From Dimorphilus gyrociliatus (lineage: Eukaryota; Animalia; Annelida): a DNA stretch of 34,792 nt. The notes below the pieces were generated by a model. That model saw only the letters and a list, made by a program, of their open reading frames with translations. It made no database searches and had not been told where the DNA came from. This document shows positions 1 to 9,733 of this stretch, piece after piece. A program made the position numbers and the translations under genes. Within the stretch, counting starts at the first letter, position 1. The number at the start of each line of letters is the position of its first letter. The stretch spans positions 1-34,792 of the forward strand of contig CAJFCJ010000119.1 of NCBI GenBank assembly GCA_904063045.1. The letters run 5' to 3'.

Positions 1-1874
1 ACGCTCAAATACATCATTACAGAAGCTGAAGAATCTTCTGCTTCTTCACAAGACTTAGAAGTTTCTTCTTCTGTAGAAACTTATCAAAAAAACACTTACG
101 CTGATATTTTTAAAAGGTACGAAGAACAGCTCAGTGAAAGTGATGAAATCTCACATGAAATTGCTGAATCTATCTCACAGAGTAAACTCATGCCTTCTTT
201 TAAGTCTCCTAAGCTATTCTTAGTTAAAGTTAGAGAAGGCAAAGAAAGAGAAATTCTACTCAAAATAATAAATTCTGCTTTTAGTACTTCTCTTAGAAAA
301 GATCAGGAATTTGAAGATAGTGAAGAAAAGGTGGTCGATTTTGACTTCAAAGTAAAAGATAAACTATTTAGTATAATTTTTAAAGAGACACAACCTGGGT
401 ATTTATACTTTGAGGCTTTCAATGCTGCTGCTGTTTTAGAGGCTATTAAACCATTCAAAATAAAGAGAAAGACTTCTGTTCTACCTTTAGATGAAATGGT
501 TGACGTTTTAGATTTTCCTAAGTACAAGATAAAAGAAGGCCAGTACTGTCGTATTAGAAAAGGTAAATACAAGAATGACTTATGTCAAATACTTAACGTA
601 AATGATGAAATAGCAAGAGTTAAAATCGTTCCAAGACTTCACAAAAGAGAGTTGTTCGATCCTAGGAAGTACGGAATGGATGTAAATTCAGAGAATGAGT
701 ATATTTATAGAAGAGATTTCTTTAAGGATGGATTTCTACTCAAGAAGGTTAACTTTATCAATTTAATAGTAAACGTTACGCCAACTTTTGAAGAACTTGA
801 AATATTTAGTGAACAGAAGTTCAGAGGTCATGGTATAGAAATAGAAGAAGGAAAGGAAGTCTCTGTTAGAATCAACTCTACTATAAAGAATGGATTTGTT
901 GTAAGAGTAGAAGACGACTTAGCTGTTGTTGCTGTAGATGATTTTACAGCACAAGTTGAAGTTCCAATTTCACAGCTAATGAGACCACATTATGAAGAAT
1001 CTCTTGTAAATAATGAAGTAAAACAGTACAAGAAACGTAACAATCTAGCATTTAAAGAGATTACAATAACAAAAGGTAGGTATAAAGGATACCAAGCAAC
1101 TATAAAAGATGTTTACGCAGATGAAATTAGAGTTGAATTACAGACAAATTTTGAGTTAGTAAATATTAGTATTGATGGTTATGAAATAAATAAACAACCA
1201 GAAAGAGTTGTTAGAAATGTTAAGAAAGAACAAACAGAAGTAAAAGAGAAGTTAGAAACTGAAGAGGAGTTTAGTGAAGGTGTTGAATACGTACCTGATA
1301 ATTGGGAGAATTATGGACCTAGTAATTGGGATACACATGGAGCTGATAAAACACCAAATTATAGTAAAACTCCTGCTTACAAGACTCCTGCCTATAAAAC
1401 ACCAGCTTATAAGACTCCTGCCTATAAAACACCTAGCTTATAAACTCCTGCCGCTATAAGACACCTAGCTATGGTAAGACACCAGCTTATAAGACACCTA
1501 GCTATGGCAAGACTCCTGCTTATAAAACACCTAGCTATGGTAAAACTCCTTCTTATAATAAAACATCGTCAAGATCTCGTATAATTAACGACCCAGAACC
1601 TCTCTCTGCTTTAGTATACGTTGATGGTCGTCAAAAAAGACTGACTAACTACAAAAATGGATATACAATAGAAGGTAAAACATACTCAGCTGACCAAGTA
1701 ACGTTCGTTAAACCTAAAAAATATGATAATGTTGTTATTTTAAAAGGAGAATCAATAGGTAATAGAGGTGTTCTTATTAGACAGAATGAAGAACAATGTG
1801 TAGTGAGAAATCAAGATGGACAAACTTTTAATGTAAAGTTAAGTGATTTGACAAAAGAAGGTAAAAGATATTAA
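1..1874 (+). CDS. SPT5: Transcription elongation factor Spt5, 5'-partial, with a frame break at ~1438-1454 inside the C-terminal repeat
   Basis: Frame +1 is open from base 1: acidic N-terminus, SQSKLMP, NGN-like domain (ETQPGYLYFEA), KOW motifs (GQYCRIRKGKYKNDLCQI; ITITKGRYKGYQATIKDV), then KTP(A/S)Y repeats. After TAA at 1441-1443 the repeats resume in frame +3 from 1455 and run into a further KOW-like segment (KPKKYDNVVILKGESIGNRGVLIRQ) ending at TAA 1872-1874. Confidence 0.9.
1348..1565 (+). repeat. Coding tandem repeat of the Spt5 CTR: 15/18-bp units encoding KTPAY / KTPSYG
   Basis: About 12 units such as aagactcctgcctat and aagacacctagctatggt, read directly. Confidence 0.9.
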
Positions 1875-2162
1875 AATTATTATTTTATTAAATGAGTTCT
1901 ACTTTCATTCATATATTGTATGTTTATATATGGTCATGCACAATATACCATCCTTTTAAAAAAATTCCTAAGGTTACCCCCTTTTCAAAATGAGACTTCT
2001 AGGAAAAAATATAGTAAATGAGTGTCAGCTTTTAGATGAAAAACAGACTAATGAATTCCTAGTCTGAATAAATAACAAAAGTAAATGTTCTTTATGCAAC
2101 AATGGCGTGAGTTATGTCAAATTAAATGTAGATATTAATAGGTTTCAGTGGCAATATACTTA

Positions 2163-3639
2163 CAGTATGCAAAAAAAAAATTCGGACAAGCAAAAATATT
2201 AAAAATCTCTAAAAATATGGCTTTAACAAATTAACTTTATTATAAATAATTTATCATATGAGAGTGAAATGTTTACATTCTAATATGATTTTTTTTAGAT
2301 GCTCTATTTGTTATTTTAGTCTAGATTTTTATTTACTTATGCAAAAAAAATTCGGACAAATTATTTAATACTTTGTTATGCCACCTTTTGCTTTTAAAAC
2401 GGACGTAACTCGCTTTCTCATTGATTTTACTAGCGCAACACATGTTTCATTAGGTATCTTTGTCCACTCACTTTTTACTTTATCAAATAAATCTTTTTGA
2501 TTTTTAAATTTCATGCCTCGTAGTTTTTCCTTTAAGATTGCCCACAAATTTTCAATAGGATTCAAGTCTGGTGAATTAGAGGGCCAATCAAGAACTTGAA
2601 TCTGTTTGGTTTTGAAATATTCTTTAGTATATCCTGCAGTATGCTTTGGATCATTATCCTGTTGGAATTTAAAGCTCTTCATTCGTAGAGAATCGGCAGA
2701 AACAAACAATTTATTGGCTAATATCTCTACATATTTATATTTATCCATTTTCCCCTCTATTAATGCTATTCTACCGACTCCTTTACTGCTAAAACAGCCC
2801 CACAACATCACTTTTCCTCCACCATGTTTAACTTGCTTAGTTGTATAATCCGGATCAAGCCTCATTCCTTTTTTTCTCCACACATATTGCCTTCCATCAC
2901 TATTATATAGGTTAAACGGGACTTCATCTGAAAAAATCACATCATCCCAGAAGCTATTAGGTTCATATGACCACTTTGAACAGATTGCATATCTCGACTT
3001 TATTTGGTGATCCCTTAATAATGGTATTTTAGCGGGAGAAGAAGCAATAAATCCTCTACTTTTTAATACATTACGAATTGTTTGAGGCGTGGATTTAACC
3101 ATTCCATATTCTACTACTTTTTTGGCGATAAACGGGCAGATTCTTTTTTATTTTTGTCTTTTATCTTGAGAATCTCTTTAATATCATCTTCTTTATAAAC
3201 ACTGGGACGACCAGACCCTTGCTTTCTCCCAAAACTACCTGTTATTTTATATCTTCTAATAATGTCACTTGCTGTAGATTTAGGTATTTTAAGTTTTTCA
3301 ATAATTTCCTTATTTGTCATTCCAAGATCTACAAGCCCTGCTATTTTACCTCTGGTGATATCATTATATTTACGGTACATTATGGGTGTTTGTACCTTGA
3401 TTTTTTATAAAGATAATGGAGGGAAAATGAATTTCTGATCTTGTCCGAATTTTTTTTTTGCATTCAGTTTTTAAAAATATTGATTAACGAATCAAACCTT
3501 GTTTTATGGGAAGATAAACTATAAAATTAGTTTAGAAAAGAGTTTTTGAAGAAATTTTATATATACATCGTTGTTTAATATAATAATATAGAGGGGTTAC
3601 AAGCATTTTTTGCTTGTCCGAATTTTTTTTTGCATACTG
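2163..3639 (-). mobile_element. Tc1-family transposon A (1477 bp), TA target duplication
   Basis: TA|CAGTATGCAAAAAAAAAATTCGGACAAGCAAAAA at 2163 and its reverse complement ending CATACTG|TA at 3639. Extra inner copies of the motif lie at 2338-2359 and 3440-3463. Confidence 0.95.
2365..3380 (-). pseudogene. Tc1 DD34E transposase with one 1-bp frameshift near 3125-3135 (reconstructs to ~338 aa)
   Basis: ORF 3114-3380 carries the HTH region and GRKQGSGRP. ORF 2365-3102 carries IFSDE, FQQDNDPKH and WPSNSPDLNPIENLW, with 34 residues between the second D and the E. Adding one base gives ...ESARL(I)AKKVVEYGMVKS.... The break may be a sequencing error. Confidence 0.9.
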
Positions 3640-3820
3640 TATAGGAAAAGAAGTAGTATAAAAAATAAAAGCTTTTTTCTGGGTTATAGAATAAAATTAT
3701 GTTTAAACTTTTTGAAGGTATTGAAATAAGTGTTATTACCTTTGATTTAAATGTTTCTCGAAATTCAAAAGAAAGTTGGTTTGTTTTGTTAGGGAGGTCT
3801 GTACTAATCATATAATAATA

Positions 3821-4035
3821 AATAATCAAAAGCTGTCAGGAATTGATGTTGATAATACTGTTATTAGAAGAGTGTTTATTTTTAAAATATAATAATCAAA
3901 AGCTGTCTGGAATTGATGTTGATAATACTGTTATTAGAAGAGTGTTTATTTTTGCAATATAATAATCAAAAGCTGTCAGAAATTAATCTTGATAATACTG
4001 TTATTAGAAGAGTGTTTATTTTTGCAATATAATAA
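3821..4035. repeat. Three tandem copies of a 70-bp unit inside Merlin copy 1
   Basis: aataatcaaaagctgtc...agtgtttattttt starts at 3821, 3891 and 3961, with few substitutions. Confidence 0.95.
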
Positions 4036-4957
4036 ATAGAGGAAGAATAATTAATAGATAATGATACGTTGCATGAATCGAAAGAGGTTGAAAAAGGAAT
4101 CTACTATGAGAAGAATAATTATAGAAAATATAGATCCTGGAACAAGACTAATAACTGATGAATGGGCTGTTTATAGTGTTGCGTTCAATAGAACTAACAC
4201 AATAGATGATATAATTTATAGATATTAAAGCGTAAATTTTACTTATCACTTTGTAGATCCAAGAGATTGTTCTATCTATAAATAAACAATAGAAGGATTT
4301 TTCTCTCTGTCGAAATATCATCTTTGAAAAAAAATTGTGCTAATGAACGAGACCAATATTTACATCTAACTGAGTTTTTATGGACTTATCAAACTAGAAA
4401 AAGCAATAGATTTAGTGAAATATTAATTTTAATAAAAGTTTAAAGTTTAAAATTTTGATTTATTCTAATTTTTGAAAAGGATGGTAAATTGTTCATGCAC
4501 CTTTTATATATTTATATAGAATGTTTATATATTTTTATATATAGAAATTTTTAGAATATTGTTATTTATTTATATATTGAAGTTTTTATATCAGGAAAAG
4601 AATTTATGAATAATTGATTTTTCCAAAAAATAAGTGAAAATGTTCAAAGTTGGTAATTTCTTAAAAATTGTATTTTTTATACAAATTTTACATTTTTATA
4701 ATTACTATTTATAGTAATAAAAAAATACTTTTAAAAGTACTTTGAAATTCCATATTTAATATTTCTAGGTATTTTAAATATTTTAATTTCCATATGTCAA
4801 ATTTTTCTTTTTTTAATAAAGAAAAATACTACAATCTTAGTATAATTTTATTATAATTTCGGCGTTTTTAATTATTTTAAAATATTCCGATTCTCTTTTT
4901 TTATGATTAAAACACGTATTATTTCTAAAAAAGTATATAAGCAAAAATTATTCAGTA

Positions 4958-4963
4958 ATCCCC
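4958..4963 (+). promoter_or_regulatory. CCC-type initiation motif immediately upstream of ATG (representative instance)
   Basis: The same motif precedes the ATGs at 4964, 8822, 13174, 17150, 22325, 28812 and 33988 and all five transposase starts. A CCC-like motif near the start codon is an established microsporidian signal. Confidence 0.65.
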
Positions 4964-5875
4964 ATGTTCGCATTCATAAACATTTATAACTCTCTACTCT
5001 CTAATTTATTTTACATTCACTCTAACATCCAATATGTCACATGCACTGAATTTGAAGTATCCGGCTCAACTAATGACGAATTTCACTGTATGGATAAATT
5101 TTATAATGATATGCATATCTCAGAAAGTGATGATAAATCCGAAGTAAATACTCTATTAAAAGAGCTTGACCTCCCAAAAAGTGGAGTATGTGCTTTCAAA
5201 TCTCAAATAATAACATTCTTTTTGAAAGATCTCGACAAAGAAACTAGAAAGAGTTACATAAAGACTCTAAAAACACTAAACTATGTTAAAAAAAGTTTAT
5301 TAATGAAAAACAGTCGTTCTGAATACAACCATAAACTAGAGGAGTGCCATTACAAAATGGTTAAAGAAGATATTTTAAAGGTTTTAAACATTGAACTACT
5401 TCAAGAAATAGAAAAAGTTGCTCTAGAAGGCCCAAAATACAGAATAAATGGTATCCAAGTAGAAGAAGTATGGTATAAACTATTTATTTGTCAAATTGTT
5501 ACTCCATTGGATGTCACATGTATGTTTGAAGAGTGTGCTAAAAACATAGGACAACCCAACGCCCTCAAAGTATTTAACATATTATTGTCAAACGTTCCTG
5601 ATGCATCTACTGTTGGTGGAAATACAATTAAAGATCTACGTTTTATTTTAAAGGAAGAGTATTCTATTCAATCTATGAAAAAAATGTTTGAAGAACCATT
5701 TTTAAAAGCATGTAGTGTTTATTTAAGTATTTTTATGTATCGAAATACAGAATTTTTCTACCAACAAAGGTTTAAAGACCTTAAAACGATTGTCTTTCTT
5801 AAAGAAAATGAGGATGTTATTGAAAGATTTTTATTAGATGATGGAAAAAGTACAGCAGAATCTTCTTTTGATTAA
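4964..5875 (+). CDS. Hypothetical 303-aa protein, possibly secreted (paralog 1)
   Basis: Intact ORF preceded by aatccccATG. Moderately hydrophobic leader MFAFINIYNSLLSNLFYIHSNIQYVTC. Conserved in a second copy. No family recognised. Confidence 0.8.
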   Translation: MFAFINIYNSLLSNLFYIHSNIQYVTCTEFEVSGSTNDEFHCMDKFYNDMHISESDDKSEVNTLLKELDLPKSGVCAFKSQIITFFLKDLDKETRKSYIKTLKTLNYVKKSLLMKNSRSEYNHKLEECHYKMVKEDILKVLNIELLQEIEKVALEGPKYRINGIQVEEVWYKLFICQIVTPLDVTCMFEECAKNIGQPNALKVFNILLSNVPDASTVGGNTIKDLRFILKEEYSIQSMKKMFEEPFLKACSVYLSIFMYRNTEFFYQQRFKDLKTIVFLKENEDVIERFLLDDGKSTAESSFD

Positions 5876-6317
5876 AAATAATTGACTCTTTATATCTTTT
5901 ATAATATATCTTTAATATTAGGTTTGATTCTATTAATATATATTTTTTTGATAGTAAATTGATTCTTTATATCTTTTTTGTATTTTTTTATACGTTTACC
6001 GATTCTATTAATATATGATTTTGGGTTGGAGAGATGAGAAACTCTCATGATTTTAATTCTATCTCGACTGAAATTTATCAATAAAACTTGATAAGAAAAA
6101 TATATTTAAGTAGGTTATAGAACTAGAGGTTCAAATCTCTTATAATTAGTTTGCAAGTGGAATTGTCGTATACTGAATCCTGTGTTAACATAAAAACTAT
6201 ATATCTATCAGGAAGGAAGAAGCACAACCTACTCCTATAATACCAAAGAAAAGAGAAAATAATACATGTTCTTGACAAATTATAACTAAAGTTTTCATTG
6301 TAAATAGGCGAAATAAG

Positions 6318-7444
6318 GGTTGGTGTGAAGTATGTCCCCCCCCTTCGATCAAAAATGATGGTTTTTGTGATCAAGAGGAAATTCAAGAGAAGGGGTTGAA
6401 TTTTTTTTATTGTTTTAAAATAAAGGTTTTATTTATTCAAAAACTTTTTTTAATAACTTCATAAAGGTATCAGATTCATGTTTTTTTATAAATAAATACT
6501 TGGCAAATATATATCCCATATAATTACTGGATGACAAACAATTTCTACGAATATATCTTTTCAATACAGACCATTGGTTCTCTATTAATTGGGTGTTTGC
6601 GCCCGTATATGGATCAATGGAATATTCATCATGATTCACTTTATCATAAATATATCCCTCTGAAGATAGGCTTTTATATCCTGGACATTCATCAGTATAA
6701 ATAATCGATCCTTTTTTACGTATTTTTCAACTATATTATTTATTGTATACTTTTTCCTGTTTTCTACTTCAAAAAAAAGCTCTTTCTTGTGTATATATCA
6801 ATTCCTCCTATCACCCACTTCTTCTTATACAGTCGTCCAATATTATACTTTCTTTTTGAGAATAGACTCTCATCTATTTCAAATAGTGACCAGGTCCACC
6901 AATTTGCTCATCCAAACTATGTATCATCGAGAAGTATATATTAAAATATAATAATTTGTTTCATTTTGATAATGTTCTTGTAGATATTGATGGTAATTCT
7001 GTAGATAATTCTAACTTGTTCATATTAGTGTTACAAAAGAGGTAAATATAAGCTAAAAATGTATATTGTTTAATTTTCATGCGTTCCATTATTTTACCTT
7101 CAAAAATTGATATATGGTTTTTGTATTTATAACGTTTGTATCTATAGGAACTTTTGTACTCCGCTATAATCATGTTCCTATAGATACAAGTTAAACATTT
7201 TCGTTCTTTTTTTAATTAGATTATATTTTATTAAAAAATCTATTGTTGCTTTCTCATCTACTGTCTCTAAAACCAAACTTCTATAGTTCATTAAAGGGAT
7301 AAAAAACTTTTTGAATAATAAAACATTTATTTTAAAACAACAAAGAAAAATTTTAAAAAAAAATTCAACCCCTTCTCTTGAATTTCCTATTGATCATAAA
7401 AACCAGCATTTTTGATCGAAGGGGGAACATACTTCACCCTTGCC
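6318..7444 (-). mobile_element. Merlin DNA transposon, copy 2 (different family)
   Basis: ~90-bp TIRs containing gtgaagtatgt..cccccttcgatcaaaaatg..ggttttt.tgatcaa.aggaaattcaagagaaggggttgaattttttt at ~6322-6408 and inverted at ~7355-7439. Exact termini are uncertain. The candidate 8-bp flanks gaaataag / gaattatt match only 5/8. Confidence 0.85.
6433..7291 (-). pseudogene. Merlin transposase pseudogene
   Basis: ATG at 7291 (MNYRSLVLETVDEKATIDFL), RKCLTC zinc-finger part, QIGGPGH, GSIIYTDE, KVNHDEYSIDPYTGANTQLIENQWSVLKR. Multiple frameshifts and stops. Confidence 0.85.
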
Positions 7445-7468
7445 GAATTATTCTTCTATATAAAACTG

Positions 7469-8446
7469 GGTAAAATTTGCTTTCAGGGCCCCCTTAAAAA
7501 TAAATATTAGAGAAAAATAAATAGACAGTTTCTTTTAAAATAAATTTTTATTAATTTTTATCCGCGCAAAAACTTCTATAAACGGATTTTCTTTTTTTAG
7601 AAATAAATAATCCTTTATATGTTCACTTAAATTATTTTTTATGTTATTTCCTCTTGTTTTTAAGTAGTGTTTCAACCACTTCCATTGGTTTTCTATATTT
7701 TGAGTATGAACTTCTGGTATAATTTTATCTTTAAATGCATCTTTATGTTTTATTGTGAAATGTCCATATTCATATAATTTAATATCACAATATCCTTTCC
7801 ATTCGTCTGTAATGATAACAGAATAATCTTCTACATTTATATTGATGATATTTTGGAGTGTTTTTTTTTATCTCTTCTCATTGCAACTTCAAAAAACACT
7901 CTTTTGTCGATCTAAATAGTCCCCCAACCACCCAAAATTGTTTATTACACCTTCCTATTTACTAACTGCACTTTCATCAATTTCTACTACCTTTCCATCA
8001 CCTCCTATTTTAGTCAAATGATCTATCCCGATTTTGCTACGAATTAAATCAATCACTGTTTTATAAAGCTTATAATTTATTCCATATTCCCTGTTTATTC
8101 CACAGAATGGTGTTTTAACAGACCATTCGTAGATTATAAAAATTATTTGTTTTAAAGATGCTTTGATGTTTGTAAATAGTGAACCTTTGCGTATTGAAAC
8201 CTTCAATTTACCACATTTTTTAGACTTACACAACCAAATTAATCCGTCAACATTGTGATGTGGTACTAAAAACATTCCTTTTCTGCATTTTTTACAAAAA
8301 GACTTTTTTTTCAAAACTCCCAAATCACATAACCAAGAAAAAAAATTGCGCGGACAGATCATTTTATTATGCAATTCTATTCTATTTTCAACCATTGGGG
8401 GTCAATTTTACAAAACTTTAAGGGGGCCCTGAAAGCAAATTTTACC
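7469..8446 (-). mobile_element. Merlin DNA transposon, copy 3 (978 bp) with a perfect 8-bp TSD
   Basis: TIR GGTAAAATTTGCTTTCAGGGCCCCCTTAAA at 7469 and inverted ending at 8446. TAAAACTG is duplicated at 7461-7468 and 8447-8454. Confidence 0.95.
7535..8395 (-). pseudogene. Merlin transposase, near-complete but frameshifted
   Basis: The 146-aa ORF has CKKC...WLC...C, SIRKGSLF and KIGGDGKVVEIDES. Other frames continue FWVVGGL, SVIITDEWKGY and HTQNIENQWKWLK. At least three breaks, two of them in homopolymer runs. Confidence 0.88.
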
Positions 8447-8821
8447 TAAAACTGTTTATATTTTTTTATAGAATATATGAATAGTTGTTTTTTTAAACAC
8501 GTGGAAATATTCAAAATTGGGCTTTCTTTGAATTTTAAATTTTTATTTTTATAATTACTATTTATAGTAATAAAAAAATACTTTTAAAAGTACTTTGAAA
8601 TTCCATATTTAATATTTCTAGGTATTTTAAATATTTTAATTTTCCATATATCAACTTATTTTAAAGTATTTTATTTTTTTATAATACGAAAAAATAGTAC
8701 AATTCCAGCCTATTTTTTGCTGTTTTTAATTATTTTAAAATATTCCGATTCTCCTTTTTCGTGATTAAAACACGTATTATTTCTAAAAAAGTATATAAGC
8801 AAAAATTATTCAGTAATCCCC

Positions 8822-9733
8822 ATGTTCGCATTCATAAACATTTATAACTCTCTACTCTCTAATTTATTTTACATTCACTCTAACATCCAATATGTCACAT
8901 GCACTGAATTTGAAGTATCCGGCTCAACTAATGACGAATTTCACTGTATGGATAAATTTTATAATGATATGCATATCTCAGAAAGTGATGATAAATCCGA
9001 AGTAAATACTCTATTAAAAGAGCTTGACCTCCCAAAAAGTGGAGTATGTGCTTTCAAATCTCAAATAATAACATTCTTTTTGAAAGATCTCGACAAAGAA
9101 ACTAGAAAGAGTTACATAAAGACTCTAAAAACACTAAACTATGTTAAAAAAAGTTTATTAATGAAAAACAGTCGTTCTGAATACAACCATAAACTAGAGG
9201 AGTGCCATTACAAAATGGTTAAAGAAGATATTTTAAAGGTTTTAAACATTGAACTACTTCAAGAAATAGAAAAAGTTGCTCTAGAAGGCCCAAAATACAG
9301 AATAAATGGTATCCAAGTAGAAGAAGTATGGTATAAACTATTTATTTGTCAAATTGTTACTCCATTGGATGTCACATGTATGTTTGAAGAGTGTGCTAAA
9401 AACATAGGACAACCCAACGCCCTCAAAGTATTTAACATATTATTATTTGACATTCCTGATGCATCTACTGTTGGTGGAAATACAATTAAAGATCTACGTT
9501 TTATTTTAAAGGAAGAGTATTCTATTCAATCTATGGAAGAAATGTTTGAAGAACCATTTTCTAAGGCATGTAGTGTTTATTTAAGTATTTTTATGTATAG
9601 AAATAAAGAATTTTTCTACCAACAAAGATTTAAAGACCTTAAAACGATTGTCTTTCTTAAAGAAAATGAGGATGTTATTGAAAGATTTTTATTAGATGAT
9701 GGAAAAAGTACAGCAGAATCTTCTTTTGATTAA
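8822..9733 (+). CDS. Hypothetical 303-aa protein, possibly secreted (paralog 2)
   Basis: Intact ORF differing from 4964-5875 at 7 residues, all in the C-terminal third. Confidence 0.8.
   Translation: MFAFINIYNSLLSNLFYIHSNIQYVTCTEFEVSGSTNDEFHCMDKFYNDMHISESDDKSEVNTLLKELDLPKSGVCAFKSQIITFFLKDLDKETRKSYIKTLKTLNYVKKSLLMKNSRSEYNHKLEECHYKMVKEDILKVLNIELLQEIEKVALEGPKYRINGIQVEEVWYKLFICQIVTPLDVTCMFEECAKNIGQPNALKVFNILLFDIPDASTVGGNTIKDLRFILKEEYSIQSMEEMFEEPFSKACSVYLSIFMYRNKEFFYQQRFKDLKTIVFLKENEDVIERFLLDDGKSTAESSFD

Larger units (their letters stand above)
1990..4443 (+). pseudogene. Merlin transposase pseudogene (segments 1990-2162 and 3642-4443)
   Basis: Hand translation gives MRLLGKN...KCSLCNNG...FQWQYT|YRKRSSIKNKSFF, FDLNVSRNSKESWF..REVC, IIENIDPGTRLITDEWAVY, SVNFTYHFVDP, TIEGFFS and YLHLTEFLW. 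These match Merlin/IS1595-family motifs, with several stops and frameshifts. Confidence 0.75.
1932..4501 (+). mobile_element. Decayed Merlin (IS1016-like) DNA transposon, copy 1, interrupted by a Tc1
   Basis: Imperfect ~35-bp TIRs: ggtcatgcacaatataccatcctttt at 1932 and aaaaggatggtaaattgttcatgcacc ending at 4501. A possible 9-bp target duplication tttatatat (1923-1931 / 4503-4511) is offset by 1 bp. A transposase remnant lies inside. Confidence 0.7.
4605..6317 (+). repeat. Direct segmental duplication, copy 1 (copy 2 at ~8469-10173)
   Basis: Clear alignment from ~4693/8546 to ...aaataggcgaaataag at 6317/10173, with weaker similarity extending about 90 bp further upstream. The offset is 3858 across the CDS. 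Upstream boundary approximate. Confidence 0.9.

Noticed and set aside
303-572. Antisense 89-aa ORF and the 1274-1459 alternative-frame ORF
   Set aside because: Shadows of SPT5. The second is just the CTR repeat read out of frame.
1438-1454. Programmed frameshift or readthrough in SPT5
   Set aside because: No slippery heptamer, and the junction needs several small indels to match the repeat consensus, which is typical of consensus error.
1348-1565. Regular short repeats, possibly a CRISPR array
   Set aside because: No unique spacers; it is a coding tandem repeat in a eukaryotic gene. The 70-bp and 57-bp repeats likewise lack spacers.
5899-6386. Minus-strand ORFs 5899-6081, 6123-6386 and 9675-9938
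   Set aside because: Frames are not conserved between the two duplicated blocks, one ORF runs into a Merlin TIR, and no motif is recognisable. A decayed gene cannot be excluded.
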